Shown piece after piece: positions 1 to 13,499 of a stretch of 63,360 bases of DNA. Within the stretch, counting starts at the first letter, position 1. Each line of letters begins with the position of its first letter. A program made the translations under genes and the position numbers. Below the pieces are notes generated by a model that had not been told where the DNA came from, ran no database searches, and saw only the letters and a program-made list of their open reading frames with translations. Source of the DNA: Octopus bimaculoides (taxonomy: Eukaryota); NCBI RefSeq assembly GCF_001194135.2, contig NC_069000.1, forward strand, positions 3,320,484-3,383,843. Reading direction: 5' to 3'.

Positions 1-1104
1 ATATATATATATATATATAATCTTCTCACGACGACCAACCCATGTACCTCTTCCTTTATTGGTTTAGACAGAAAGGCAACAATGATAGAAGAGAAGAGGA
101 TATCTAAATCGAAAACAGTTAGGCTTCTTTTATACACACACACACGTACACACACACGTACACACACACACACACATGCATCATGTATAGTCTGTATGCT
201 TATCTTTTGCCTTGTTTTCTGTTCCATTGCTTTAATTAAATTTCAGATGATATGGCACATTTTATATCCGCAGGGATCGCATGACACAATATTGCATGCG
301 TATGTATGCGTATGTGTGTGTGTGTGTGTGTGTGTGTATGTTTGCACATATATATGCACATATATATATGCATGCACACAGAGGGAGAAAAAACACAAAG
401 CAAGAAATGCATATACAGATATATATACACATGCATGCAGTGCACCTGTATATGAATGCGCACACACACACACGCACACACATAAATTTACAAACACGCA
501 TATACACACGTATTAGCTTTCCGGGCATTTTCATTTATTTTTCGTTTTGTACGAATTTAGGTGATGGAAAAGTCAGTTATAAACGAATATCTCTTGTACT
601 TTATTTGCACTTTATCCTTTCTTCCATTCCATTAGCGTCAATAGTTACTCAAGAAGGAAAAATAATTTTCTCATCTAAAAGCGCCGAGAATTTTAGTTTG
701 TATTCAAAGATTGAAGAGAAACGAAATGTGCAGGATATATACAACCAGAAGTACTGTTCAAGCTAATCTACACTTTATTGAATTAACTCTAAAGCAGTGG
801 GAATTGGGGGGATGTAATGTATACCCTGGGTCACTAAGCAAACAGGTGATGTGTTATATGGCACCATACTCGATGTAGATAGAGGGGCCGGGTTTTGTGT
901 GCTGAGGGTATTTTCTTATGTATCAAGAAGCGCAAAGAATGGTAGGTCCGACTCCTCTAACAGTGCTGCGAAGTGATTTTAAAATAGGTATGAAATAAAG
1001 CAAGAGTTAAAGCAGACAGTGGTGCTACAGCACGAGCAAAACCTCTTGCGGAAACCGATTCTAGGATATTTACAGTTTTTTTTTCTCTTACCAATTTACT
1101 TTTG

Positions 1105-1380
1105 TTTTATCATTTACTTGCTTCAGTCATCAGTCCACGGCCATGCTGGGGAACTGCATTCCAACATTTTTGGTCGAATGAATCGAACTCATTACTTAAT
1201 TTTTAAAGCCTTTTACCTATTCTATCTGCATCTTTTGCCGAACCGCTTGGTTATGAGGATTTAAAATACTTAAACCGGTTGTCAAGCAGTAGTAGGGAAG
1301 AAACACAGACACAAAGATATATACACATATACGACGGGCTTCTTTCAGTTTCCGTCTACAAAATCCACTTACAAAGCTGG
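1105..1380 (-). mobile_element. tRNA-derived SINE, family A (octopus-type), body and tail
   Basis: Reverse complement matches the family A copy at 48894-49256: ACGACGGGCTTCTTTCAGTTTCCGTCTAC, TCTTTTGCCGAACCGCT and TTACTTGCTTCAGTCAT blocks. Confidence 0.8.
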
Positions 1381-2029
1381 AAGATATATGCTATTCAAGG
1401 TTTTTGCTTATATTTTACATACACTGAGCACTTACGATTGTGTGATGGCAACCTTCTTCCGCTAGCCTACAATTATTGTCCAATCGGTAGCTATGAAACT
1501 ATTCATACTAGATTATTGGACTATATATGAGAGAGAGAGCGATAAACATTATTATATAAATATATATGTGCACATATATGAATGTGTGTGCGTAATATAT
1601 ACATATATATAGTGAGAGAGAGTGAGGATGAGAGGAGATATGATTTATATATATATATATATATATATGAAATGTCTTTTATCTTTAATATCGTTGTTTG
1701 TGTACCTTTCTTCTTGAAGCACAGTTTAGCAATAACATTATAACATTCTATTCTACCAGCATCAATACAATTCGTATACACCCATTTCCATTATACATCC
1801 TGTTATTATCGTCCGCCTTCTTGTCGATATTTAAAGTACGTTTAACTTGCTATTCGCTAGTTCAAAAGATTCACTTGTATATGTTTTCCAGTTATATTTC
1901 CTGTCTGTCACTTCATACAAACTACGTTAATTACATTAACGCAGATGGCGCTATCGGACGCATTTAGCCCAGCTTCCGTAGAAATGCTTTCAACACATTT
2001 ATCATAAGCTTTCCTTCTTGATATATGTA

Positions 2030-2228
2030 TATAGACACACACACACACACACGTGTATATATAGACACACACACACGTGTATATATTCACACGCACACAC
2101 GTGTGTATATTCACACACACACACGTGTGTATATTCACACACACGTGTGTATATTCACACACACACACGTGTGTATATTCACACACACACACGTGTGTAT
2201 ATTCACACACACACACACACACACACAC
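2030..2228. repeat. Compound minisatellite, unit ~(CA)n-CGTGTGTATATT, running into a gap
   Basis: About seven successive CACACGTGT(GT)ATAT(T) units read directly. Confidence 0.9.
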
Positions 2229-2608
2229 NNNNNNNNNNNNNNNNNNNNNNNNNNNNNNNNNNNNNNNNNNNNNNNNNNNNNNNNNNNNNNNNNNNNNNNN
2301 NNNNNNNNNNNNNNNNNNNNNNNNNNNNNNNNNNNNNNNNNNNNNNNNNNNNNNNNNNNNNNNNNNNNNNNNNNNNNNNNNNNNNNNNNNNNNNNNNNNN
2401 NNNNNNNNNNNNNNNNNNNNNNNNNNNNNNNNNNNNNNNNNNNNNNNNNNNNNNNNNNNNNNNNNNNNNNNNNNNNNNNNNNNNNNNNNNNNNNNNNNNN
2501 NNNNNNNNNNNNNNNNNNNNNNNNNNNNNNNNNNNNNNNNNNNNNNNNNNNNNNNNNNNNNNNNNNNNNNNNNNNNNNNNNNNNNNNNNNNNNNNNNNNN
2601 NNNNNNNN

Positions 2609-2890
2609 GAAGCCCTTGCAAAATGTCTTCTACTACTGCCTCGGGTCGACGAAATCGTTGTGAGAGGATTTGGTGGGCGGAATCCCGTCTCGTGTGTGTA
2701 CGTGTGTCTGAGTCCGTCCCCTACCACCGCTTGACAAACGGTTTTGTTGTGTTTACGTCCCCGTAACTTAATAAGTCGTGAAAAGGCGCCAGTAAAATTA
2801 CCAGGTCTTAAAACAAATAATTACTGGAGTCGATTCGGTCGCTTAAAATTCTTCAAGGGGTGCTGCCCGGTGACTGAAACACGTAAAATA
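2609..2890 (+). mobile_element. SINE family A, head lost in the gap
   Basis: CCCTTGCAAAATGTCTTCTACTACTGCCTCGGGTCGAC...CCGCTTGACAAACGG...GTCCCCGTAACTTAA...GTGACTGAAAC is collinear with 48960-49256. Confidence 0.8.
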
Positions 2891-3234
2891 GAGAGAGGTG
2901 GAGTTTAACCCGATATTTACACACAACAATTTATGGCTTATTTGTTTCGAGATTCGCTGCTACATTCAATACAATTATATTATAGACTATTTTCATTGAA
3001 TTCAATGCTAAATGTTTCGTAATTCAAAATTCCGTTTGCAGAATACCATAGAATACCGGGCAGTAATTTTCCGTAATGTTGAAAGTATGAGATCAACTTT
3101 GAAAATTGAATAACTAAACAAATCCTTCAAATACGCTTTGTTTGTAGGGAGAGGACAACTCCAGACATGTTTCGATCTGTTAAGTCTCAACAGCAATGAC
3201 CATCAAACTATCATCATAGTAGAATGTACCCAGG

Positions 3235-3372
3235 CTGGGGCATACAATTTTATAGACCTCTGAAGGACGAAAGCAATAATTCACCTTCGGAGGGATCGAA
3301 ACCGCTATCCTAAGTATCCGAAACACATATATTGCAAAGTATCACGTCCGATGCTCTACCGATTCTGCCAAT
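3235..3372 (-). mobile_element. tRNA-derived SINE, family B, degenerate
   Basis: Reverse complement begins TTGGCAGAATCGGTAGAGCATCGGAC, matching the family B head; GAAGGACGAAAG matches the central block. Confidence 0.65.
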
Positions 3373-4019
3373 GCATATAACGGGACTTAGTTGCAAGACT
3401 GAACGCAATGTTACAGTAGGTCATGAAGAGCTAAATGTATCGTAATACTGAACGAATAAACATACAAACACGCAGAATAAGGATCATATATAAATAACAC
3501 GCTGCTGTACTGAAAAAATATATTCATATACAACAGATTACTATTGTTGTTATTATTTGTTATATTACTGACGCCTTAAGGTTCAGAGGTTAAAGGAACT
3601 TTTATGAGAATTCAATCGAAGAACTATAAATCCCAGAACGGTTAAAGATAAATATACATTAATTGTTCTGCAGACCTCATTGTATGAGATTCCTCCATCG
3701 CCACCACCAATTCACGAATTCTGATTATATATGTCTTTTGGTTTTTTTTTTTTTATTGCTCCAAATTCATACAAACACGGGCGCGCTGTCCTCCATTCAT
3801 ACAAGGACACGCACACACACACGTATATATATATATATATATATATACACACAGCATACATACACAACACACACGAACAGATATACAGACCACACACATA
3901 TATATACAACATACACACACAAGCACTATGTATTTTGCTCTCAGAATATGAATATATTTCAGTATATCACAATATCCAAGCGCACGCACACAGTGTTTCT
4001 ACTTCGCTGAATTTCACCT

Positions 4020-4100
4020 AAATTCTTCAACTAAAACCCATTCAAGAGGTGCTGCAGCATGGCAGCAGTCAAATGACTTTAAGCAAGTAAAAGAACGAAC
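4020..4100 (+). mobile_element. SINE family A 3' tail fragment
   Basis: TTCAAGAGGTGCTGCAGCATGGCAGCAGTCAAATGACT...AAGTAAAAGA matches the family A tail. Confidence 0.65.
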
Positions 4101-5382
4101 AGACAGACAGACAGTTAAATAGATTTAAAATTTTGGAGATGTATTTGCAGTGCAAGTGATTTGATCTGAGACCGTTTGTTTAAACCAAAGCAATTACAGA
4201 TACGAAGATATATAGATAAAAAAGCGTAACCTAGAATTTATATATCCCTATCAAATATCCCACCACAGACTCCAAATAAATGTTTAAGAGATTTAAGTGT
4301 GTTTTGAAATGGTTAATGGGTATTTTCTACGCAGTTATAGTTACATACATGTATTTGTGTGGTGGGTGCGGGGAGTTGTTTTGACAACGAGGGTAAAAGC
4401 AACTCATGACATTTTGATTGATAATTTATTTTGATTCTTGGAAAACCGTAGTAAGTTGTCAAATCCCATTTGGCCCTAAAGGTCAAGAACTTGCCTGTTG
4501 CGGCAATACGATAGGAATAAAATCCCTAGAGAAATCATTCAACTATCGAAACGTTGGTTACCATTATTCATGAGACAATTTCTTTCATTTGTTTCAGTGT
4601 CCATGAAAACGTCCCTCTTTCCATCTCATTTGATGTTACATCAATACATCTGGAAATATCACGGCCCTTATGAATAAACATCGGTGAATATCTGATTAAT
4701 GATTTTAAGTGATTACCACAACTCTTACCATTAGCTATGCAGGCTTGCCCATGGTCTTCATGTATTTAATTTCAAAATTATTTGTGGTTAAAGCGATTGT
4801 TTTCCTATAACGATGTACATGACTATCGCAAGGTGTACTAACTCTTAAACTTCCTCTTTTATTTCAACAGAGAATGTATTGGTATAAAAGACGCTGTCAC
4901 TTAAGCAGCAATACAATTTGACATTTGTAGAAAGATTTTGGCTTGAGACTGCGACAATATAAAATTTACTGAGAGTTATAATGGAAACGCTTTCGGTTAT
5001 ATACACAGATATCCCTACATGAGATCCAATATGACAAGCATATACTTCTTCCACTGTTTATTGACACAGCTTTCAGATAATTCTCTGCATCAGCGATAAG
5101 TAGTATGGTCTATTTTGTTCAATGAGATTTGATCTTTAATTATCTCCTGAGATTGAACTAATCCTGCATTCTAATTGCATTCTAGATTAACTTCATCTTT
5201 TTTTTTGCAATTTTTTTTGTAATTGCTTACTTTTTATACTGTGTATTACAGTTGTCTTAAGATACGTGATACTTTTACTTAATCATTAAATTACATTTAC
5301 TAACAGCACAAGAGATTGAATATCACCATCGTATTTTCATTAACATTCTTGAAAAAAAAAAGAACAGAAAGACACTAAAACG

Positions 5383-5419
<37 letters not shown>

Positions 5420-5828
5420 CAACAACAACTAAAACAACAAATCGAAACATTGTTCCGTTAATATATATAGTCATTGCCCAATAAGATGGCTTCAATCAAA
5501 CAGGCATAAAAAAACTGAAACTACACATAAAAAAAGGCAAAAACGAAAACGAATAGATTTCTAAATAATGTGACTTCAAGAACAAAAACAAAATAACAAA
5601 AATTAATTCACTGATAGAATTTAATTAGAAATATCGACTTCAGTCTAAAACACCAGTTCCAAAGTAGCCAAATTCAACTCCTGGTTTGGTTTATTCAAGA
5701 AAATTCTCAAACTTACAGCTTTGCACCTAGGGAACTTCTCGTTGTTTCGTCGACAATTGTGGTTTTCTTACAGAAAGTAACGAGGATTTTACAACAAATT
5801 AATCGTCTAAGCATGCATGTACAGCATA

Positions 5829-5890
<62 letters not shown>

Positions 5891-6516
5891 NNNNNNNNNN
5901 NNNNNNNNNNNNNNNNNNNNNNNNNNNNNNNNNNNNNNNNNNNNNNNNNNNNNNNNNNNNNNNNNNNNNNNNNNNNNNNNNNNNNNNNNNNNNNNNNNNN
6001 NNNNNNNNNNNNNNNNNNNNNNNNNNNNNNNNNNNNNNNNNNNNNNNNNNNNNNNNNNNNNNNNNNNNNNNNNNNNNNNNNNNNNNNNNNNNNNNNNNNN
6101 NNNNNNNNNNNNNNNNNNNNNNNNNNNNNNNNNNNNNNNNNNNNNNNNNNNNNNNNNNNNNNNNNNNNNNNNNNNNNNNNNNNNNNNNNNNNNNNNNNNN
6201 TTTCTTTTTGTGAGTTTGTTTTTTTGTTTTTTTTATATATATAATTCTCTAAGATAAATCAATTATTTTGACTTTTTTTCGGATATTTACATTGTATATA
6301 CTTTTAATGGATAAAAATTCGAGAAACATCAACTTAAATGTCAGCACCAACCGCAAATAAATAAATAGATAAATAAATAAATCGATGTTTATCTTGCTAA
6401 AAGTTTTATGGACAAGAAAAAAAAAATACTAAAATACACTACAAAAAATACAAAAAAAAATTAGAAAGGAAAACAAAAGAGAACGAAAGAAAAATTATTA
6501 CATCGAAATTCAGAAG

Positions 6517-6550
<34 letters not shown>

Positions 6551-6846
6551 TATATATATGCATGCGTATATATATATATATTGGTATAGCTGAGTGAGTG
6601 TCTGTATTTTAATACGTTTTTTAAAACTTTTCCAATTAACGAAGAAGTGTCTCTTAGAACCGTTAACATTGGCTAAGTAAAGTTAAAACAGACTGATGGT
6701 AAATGATAGATTGTATACAATTACAACAACAACAAAAAAAAAACAATTACGTGTACTGTACAAGGAAAACTAGTAACAATGAATATGGAAAAGTGTTTAA
6801 AAGCACTATATTGGCTTTTAAGCATCCTTTTTATTTAATTAGCTAA

Positions 6847-6889
<43 letters not shown>

Positions 6890-7265
6890 TATATATAGAT
6901 GATAGATAGATATAGATATGTGTATATGTAAGTACATATGTAAGTACGTATACGTACATTTTATATTTAATGTTTTCTATTGTTAAACAATGTCTTTATA
7001 GGGAATTCATCATTTTTTAAGACCTCAGCCATTTTGCTTCCTATGTCTTTCACACACACACACACACACATATATANNNNNNNNNNNNNNNNNNNNNNNN
7101 NNNNNNNNNNNNNNNNNNNNNNNNNNNNNNNNNNNNNNNNNNNNNNNNNNNNNNNNNNNNNNNNNNNNNNNNNNNNNNNNNNNNNNNNNNNNNNNNNNNN
7201 NNNNNNNNNNNNNNNNNNNNNNNNNNNNNNNNNNNNNNNNNNTATATATATATATATATATATAT

Positions 7266-7438
7266 TCCTTATGCAGAGTTTAACCACCTCCTGTACCTAC
7301 ACCATAGAACCATCATGGTATCTGATGTGATTTTTTAAACCAGACAGTGTTCTGAAAAGACACCCATATTGATTGCACATCCGATTGGGACCAGCAAGAG
7401 CTGCAGATAAGTACTCATCTTGGTGGACCTTCAAATGT
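7266..7438 (-). mobile_element. 5'-truncated 3' end of an RTE-like LINE with a C2H2 zinc-finger C-terminus (copy 1)
   Basis: Minus-strand translation HLKVHQDEYLSAALAGPNRMCNQYGCLFRTLSGLKNHIRYHDGSMV*; nucleotide homology to 47826-47995; ends at a (TA)n tract. Clade assignment rests on the terminal C..GLKxHxRxH finger seen in RTE-like ORF2 ends. Confidence 0.7.
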
Positions 7439-7790
7439 GTTAAAATTTTTGTCACGGGTAAGTTGAGGTTGTCGATTCGTTCAGCTAACTTGGAAGCTTT
7501 GTACAAAATGGTGGAAATCTTGATACAGAAATACATCTGCGAATTCAAAGGTCGGTAAAAGTATTTGCTGGCTTGGAGTCGCGCGTTTGGAGCCGATGAC
7601 ATATAAGAAAACAAAGCTGGCTCTTTACAAATCCTTTGTCTTACCATCCCTGGTGTACTCTAATGAAACATGGACTTGTTACACACACACAGATATGCAC
7701 ACACATACATATACACACACATACATATACACACACGTACATAAATATAAATATATATAGACGCATACACACACATATACACAAGCACGC

Positions 7791-7831
<41 letters not shown>

Positions 7832-7841
7832 NNNNNNNNNN

Positions 7842-7886
<45 letters not shown>

Positions 7887-7887
<1 letters not shown>

Positions 7888-8040
7888 TCTAGAGCAGTGA
7901 ATTGGCCGAGTTGCTTGATCGTCGGAAAGATTGCAATATTTCCTTTGACGAGTGACGTTCTGAGTTCATGTAACGCTGCGATAAAATAGATTTTTCCTTT
8001 CATCTATTCAAGTTTCGATAATCAAAGCACCAGTTTGATC
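7887..8040 (+). mobile_element. SINE family B, degenerate
   Basis: GCAGTGAATTGGCCGAG...GACGTTCTGAGTTCA...TTTCCTTTCATCTATTC...GATAATCAAAGCACCAG is collinear with 12191-12389. Confidence 0.6.
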
Positions 8041-8206
8041 CTAAAATCTCTCTCTCCCTCTAATAAAGTGGTGGATCTCACACTCGGAGAGTGATACGCT
8101 CCAACTCTAAAACACGCTTTACACCGGAAAGGCATGCCTTAAACACCAAAAGGATCTGAGCAAATTTGGCAGAGTATAACAAGTAATCGCTTTCTTCTTT
8201 CTCTCC

Positions 8207-8250
<44 letters not shown>

Positions 8251-9446
8251 GTATGTCTACTTACGGATAGATTTATTTTACGATTCCGCGAATCCATAAG
8301 AATAATCAGAAGTAGTTGTGACGTTAGAACTCAGCAGGGCAACACATACGTCTAGTGTGTGTGTGTGTGTGTGTGCGTCTGTGTGTTCATCGTTGACTAA
8401 AGAAATAAGTGTGACGACTGAGCGAAGTAGTTTCCGGACAGCAGAGAAGTAGACATTGGGAATGCAATGAAACATAATAGAACTAAAATTTCATTTTAGA
8501 AAAAGAAAATGGACTTTATTTTGTTTTCTTTTCTTTTTTTATTTTCTCGAATACATTTGAGATTCATCAGATTTTTCCAACGTTCTGTCAAAATAGATTT
8601 GTCAGAATTTCCTTTCTTTCTTTATGGAATAAAATCACGAGAACCATCTGGTCAAATTCTTGAGAATAGTATTTTGCAATCCACAGCATAGCTGCTTTGA
8701 TGCATGTTGTTTACCATGATATTGGGTCGACCATCGACATAATAACCTGTGTGTACATACGTGGGATGAGTAGAGTTTATCAGAATTCACAGATCTGAAA
8801 TTATCCAGCATTTTGTCACACTCTCTCGACTTTGCAGCTACGGAGAGTGCACTCGTTCCTTCGGAGAGTCGATCGACTTGTTAACAAATGTGTTGCTGTT
8901 GTTTAACCTTTTAGCCTTTCGACTAATCTGCCAAATAAAAGGCTTTTTTAGCGTATTTACTTACGTTATTTTGAATTAATGCATTATTTAGTAGGTCTAA
9001 GATTTCAAAGATATGATTGTTTATTAAATGACATTGAGAGATCGGAATCAGATAAGACTCTGTAAGTGACCAATAGACTTGATAATGATGTTCTCGATGA
9101 GCAATTATACATTGAAGGTCATCCAGGTCTACATTCAGAATCTTTCCATCTATGACTATTCCGTTTTTCTCAAACTTTATCTCGAGCAGGATTACATTTT
9201 GTCCTACGCCACGTCTTTCTTAAAACGTTTGTGAGATATTTGAGCGACGTTTACTTTCTATTTCTAGTACGTCAGACGACTGGTTAAAGACGACTCCGCT
9301 GGCAATAATAAATTGATTGTAATGCATCGTGAATTAAAAGGTCGTTTATAAATCTTATGGCGGATTTAAATTGGATGCGCAACTGACAAAAGAGAGACGC
9401 CTGGGAGTGGGGTATAAAGCACAGCAGAGTGAGAAAAGAAATGAAC

Positions 9447-9481
<35 letters not shown>

Positions 9482-9796
9482 ATCGCATGCAGACATGTAG
9501 AGGAGAGCAAGAGGAAAATATAGAAAGAGAGAAGAATAGAGTAAATATAAGCGGAATTGTAGTTCTTGTGTGAACTCCAATAAGGTCAGGCTGATATTAA
9601 CTGCAGTTTGGTTGTTATGTTCTTATTCTATTTGTTGTTGGGTTTTTTTTTTTTTCAAATAAAGAATACAGAGTAAATAGTTTGGTGCCTTTGTTGAACC
9701 CATTTTTGAGAACGTCACTGGTGAGCAGAGAAGCATTATAAAAGAATAAAACAACTAAAGAAAATTGCACGCATTTACTACTGTGTGGTTTAACTG

Positions 9797-9868
<72 letters not shown>
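9797..9868. repeat. (TA)n microsatellite
   Basis: Long pure TA tract. Confidence 0.95.
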
Positions 9869-9878
<10 letters not shown>

Positions 9879-10037
9879 TATATTTATGTACATGGATAGA
9901 TAAGTCTAAGTCTGTGCATGCATATATGTTTATGCATGCTTATATATGTGCGTATACACATAACATGTATATATGCATACATATATTGAATATGTACATT
10001 ATATATAGAAAGAGACATATGCACATGCATATAAGCG

Positions 10038-10069
<32 letters not shown>

Positions 10070-10300
10070 ATAAATGAAGATATAATATATACAGATATAT
10101 AAACACATGCATATATATATATAGTGTGTTTGTAGGCATATGTACATATATGCATATAGGCCTGTTATGCATAATCATATGTACACATGTGAAAGCATAT
10201 ACAGATATATATATATACATATATATATACATACCTGTCTATATATACACTTATTTACTGACGTACACACACTATATACATTCATATATATACATGCATC

Positions 10301-10331
<31 letters not shown>

Positions 10332-10989
10332 GATTTACATTATACATGTACACACACACATATATATATACACTTATACATCGTAGCCTCTAAAGTAAAA
10401 AGTAGAGAGAATAAAGCGACGTAAAGTCAGACACATACCCTACTTAACTATTAAAGACATGTAGGTCAACTAGAGGTAATTGCTTTAATTTCGGTTTTAT
10501 AACCACTGCGCCATCTATTAAACTGACTATTTCTTTATTTTCCTCTTATAATAGAGGCACGAAATTACCATTTTATACTGATGCAGTCTCGTCTAATGGA
10601 TCGAGCAAAAAGGAATGCAAAAAATAATGAAAGAATTAATGTTATGATGTTGTTGTTGGCGGTGGTGGTTTTATTTTCTTATTTCTTCTTTTTTCTTCTT
10701 TATTTTTACTCCCCTCCTATTTTAAGCGGTATTTTATAGTGAAAAAATATATCTGTATATGTGTATATAATGGCAAGAGACACCAGAACAGAAAATTCCT
10801 CTATGCGGCTCATTCTTGTATAAGATGCACAGGCAACAGAAATGTTGCAAACGAGTAACGTAAACTAGTCATTAACCGACATATATACATATATGTGTGT
10901 GTGTATACATGCACACGTATGTTTAATGGTACGTGTAAGTATATTATATACATGTATATACATTTATATACATATATCTAAGTATATGT

Positions 10990-11135
10990 ATATATATATA
11001 TATATATTAATGTCTATACACCTATATATATATATATATATATATTAATGTCTATACACCTATATATATATATATATTAATGTCTATACAGCTATATATA
11101 TATATATATATATATATTAATGTCTATACACCTAT
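10990..11135. repeat. Minisatellite, unit (TA)n-TTAATGTCTATACA(C/G)C, at least four copies, continuing into a 678-nt gap
   Basis: TTAATGTCTATACA recurs near 11007, 11045, 11077 and 11117. Confidence 0.9.
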
Positions 11136-11813
11136 NNNNNNNNNNNNNNNNNNNNNNNNNNNNNNNNNNNNNNNNNNNNNNNNNNNNNNNNNNNNNNNNN
11201 NNNNNNNNNNNNNNNNNNNNNNNNNNNNNNNNNNNNNNNNNNNNNNNNNNNNNNNNNNNNNNNNNNNNNNNNNNNNNNNNNNNNNNNNNNNNNNNNNNNN
11301 NNNNNNNNNNNNNNNNNNNNNNNNNNNNNNNNNNNNNNNNNNNNNNNNNNNNNNNNNNNNNNNNNNNNNNNNNNNNNNNNNNNNNNNNNNNNNNNNNNNN
11401 NNNNNNNNNNNNNNNNNNNNNNNNNNNNNNNNNNNNNNNNNNNNNNNNNNNNNNNNNNNNNNNNNNNNNNNNNNNNNNNNNNNNNNNNNNNNNNNNNNNN
11501 NNNNNNNNNNNNNNNNNNNNNNNNNNNNNNNNNNNNNNNNNNNNNNNNNNNNNNNNNNNNNNNNNNNNNNNNNNNNNNNNNNNNNNNNNNNNNNNNNNNN
11601 NNNNNNNNNNNNNNNNNNNNNNNNNNNNNNNNNNNNNNNNNNNNNNNNNNNNNNNNNNNNNNNNNNNNNNNNNNNNNNNNNNNNNNNNNNNNNNNNNNNN
11701 NNNNNNNNNNNNNNNNNNNNNNNNNNNNNNNNNNNNNNNNNNNNNNNNNNNNNNNNNNNNNNNNNNNNNNNNNNNNNNNNNNNNNNNNNNNNNNNNNNNN
11801 NNNNNNNNNNNNN

Positions 11814-11850
<37 letters not shown>

Positions 11851-12190
11851 TTACTCAAACCGTCAATCCTGTAACATTAAACATCACGTTAACAATCTGT
11901 CTCAACATACATACGTAATGTATGCAAGCATGCGTATACAAATCCATAGATTTGAATACGTACATACAACCATATATTCAATACATTTCACAAACACACA
12001 CACACACACACAGAGTTACATACACATATATATTACCCAATTCTAGCCGCAATTTAAAACGAAATGGTAGAAATACAATGCTGGTACCAGTCAGAACCAG
12101 CATCGCTAGAAATACCTCAATGGCCACAACTAGACCATCGTCTCTTGAAATAGCCCTATCCATTGACCGACTATTTATACGTGTGTGTAA

Positions 12191-12389
12191 GGCGGTGAGC
12201 TGGCAGAAACGTTAGCACGCCTGGCGTAAAGCTTAGCAGTAATTTCGTGTCTCTTCAGTCTAAGATCGACTTCGCCATTTATCCTTTCGGGGTCGATAAA
12301 TTAAGTACCAGTTGCGTACTGGGTTCGATCTAATTTACTGTACCCCTCCCTCAAAATTTCGAGCCTTGTACCTAGAGTAGGAAAGAATA
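12191..12389 (+). mobile_element. SINE family B, well-preserved copy (tRNA head plus Nin-like central domain)
   Basis: GGCGGTGAGCTGGCAGAAACGTTAG (A-box-like head); central GCCATTTATCCTTTCGGGGTCGATAAATTAAGTACCAG resembles, from memory, the Nin/Inv conserved SINE domain; tail AAAATTTCGAGCCTTGTACCTAGAGTAGGAAAGAAT. Confidence 0.85.
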
Positions 12390-12503
12390 CATGTGTGCGT
12401 ACTAATTGAATGTGTGAAGAAAGTGGATCGTTAAAAAAATATAAGTACACGTGACAGCAAATGTTGAAAGAATATACATGAGTATGTATACACACACACA
12501 CGC

Positions 12504-12544
<41 letters not shown>

Positions 12545-13117
12545 CACACACACATACGTATGTATATTGATACACACACAAACACAGCTATGTAAATTCA
12601 GTGATGGTGTGACGGAAAGTAAGCAAGTGAATGCAAAATAAATGGTAAGAAATCGATAATATTCAATACAGGTATTCGACATTTTTCATTAATGATACAT
12701 CACGACTGTTCTGTCCCCCACATCTCGCCTTCATCTGTAACATAAATATGCATAATGACAACATCCCCTAGATACGAAATCAAATGCAAGAAAAAGTTGG
12801 AAACATTAAGAATAACTTAATCTAACAAATGAAATAGTTATTCAGGATCTTGTATTACTTCGTATATCTCATGTTTAATAAAATTGTGTGTATGTGTATT
12901 GCGTACGTGTTTATTCTCGTTCTAATTCCTCCAATTTCGCACCAAGCTAAAGACATTTACGTATTCTAAAACTTGCTAACGGTAACCAAGATGGCGTCTG
13001 TGTTGAAATTGCTATAGCTTTAGGCCATTGCGATTTTTCTCATTATTCAACGCTGTAATGTACCTTCCTGTACTTAGCTGAGAGAAGACATTATCTAATA
13101 TTTTGATCAAACATATC

Positions 13118-13170
<53 letters not shown>

Positions 13171-13254
13171 TTTAAGTATCGACAGAATTGTCAGACTGAC
13201 ATGTTTACAACATGGCCATGAAGATCGTTGAAATAGGTCAACTTGTAAATAAAT

Positions 13255-13370
13255 GGAGGCGAAGGCATAATTCAGTGGTTAAAACGTTTCACGTAGAAAA
13301 CATGCGATTCCAAGTTCAATCTCTTTGCACAGCACCCTGATCACGTTTCTTCTATCGTAAATTCTATCAT
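13255..13370 (+). mobile_element. Degenerate tRNA-derived SINE head
   Basis: GGCATAATTCAGTGGTTAAAACG (A-box-like) and CAAGTTCAATCTC (B-box-like), followed by CAGCACCCTGATCACGTTTCTTCTAT, similar to family A. Confidence 0.45.
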
Positions 13371-13499
13371 AAATTCGATAGAGACCAATGTAGCATAAAG
13401 GGCTACAAATAAGGACGACAAGGACAAGAAGGGGCTTACAAATTCAAAAAATATCGACTGATAGAAATTTTAAAGGATTGAATATCATAAGCCAGAAGA

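Noticed and set aside
561-766. Open frame GDGKVSYKR...QKYCSS after a plausible acceptor
   Set aside because: No recognisable homology, no donor, low-information AT-rich composition.
3673-3723. TSLYEIPPSPPPIHEF* after TTCTGCAG
   Set aside because: Too short to distinguish from chance; no supporting upstream exon in the window.
8530-8660. Minus-strand LTERWKNL resembling a mariner transposase C-terminus
   Set aside because: Only a few matching residues, with stops; no TIR found.
12245-12262. CTGAAGAGACACGAAA on the minus strand (hammerhead-like boxes)
   Set aside because: Lies inside a SINE, stem II is a single pair and no stem I forms; chance match.
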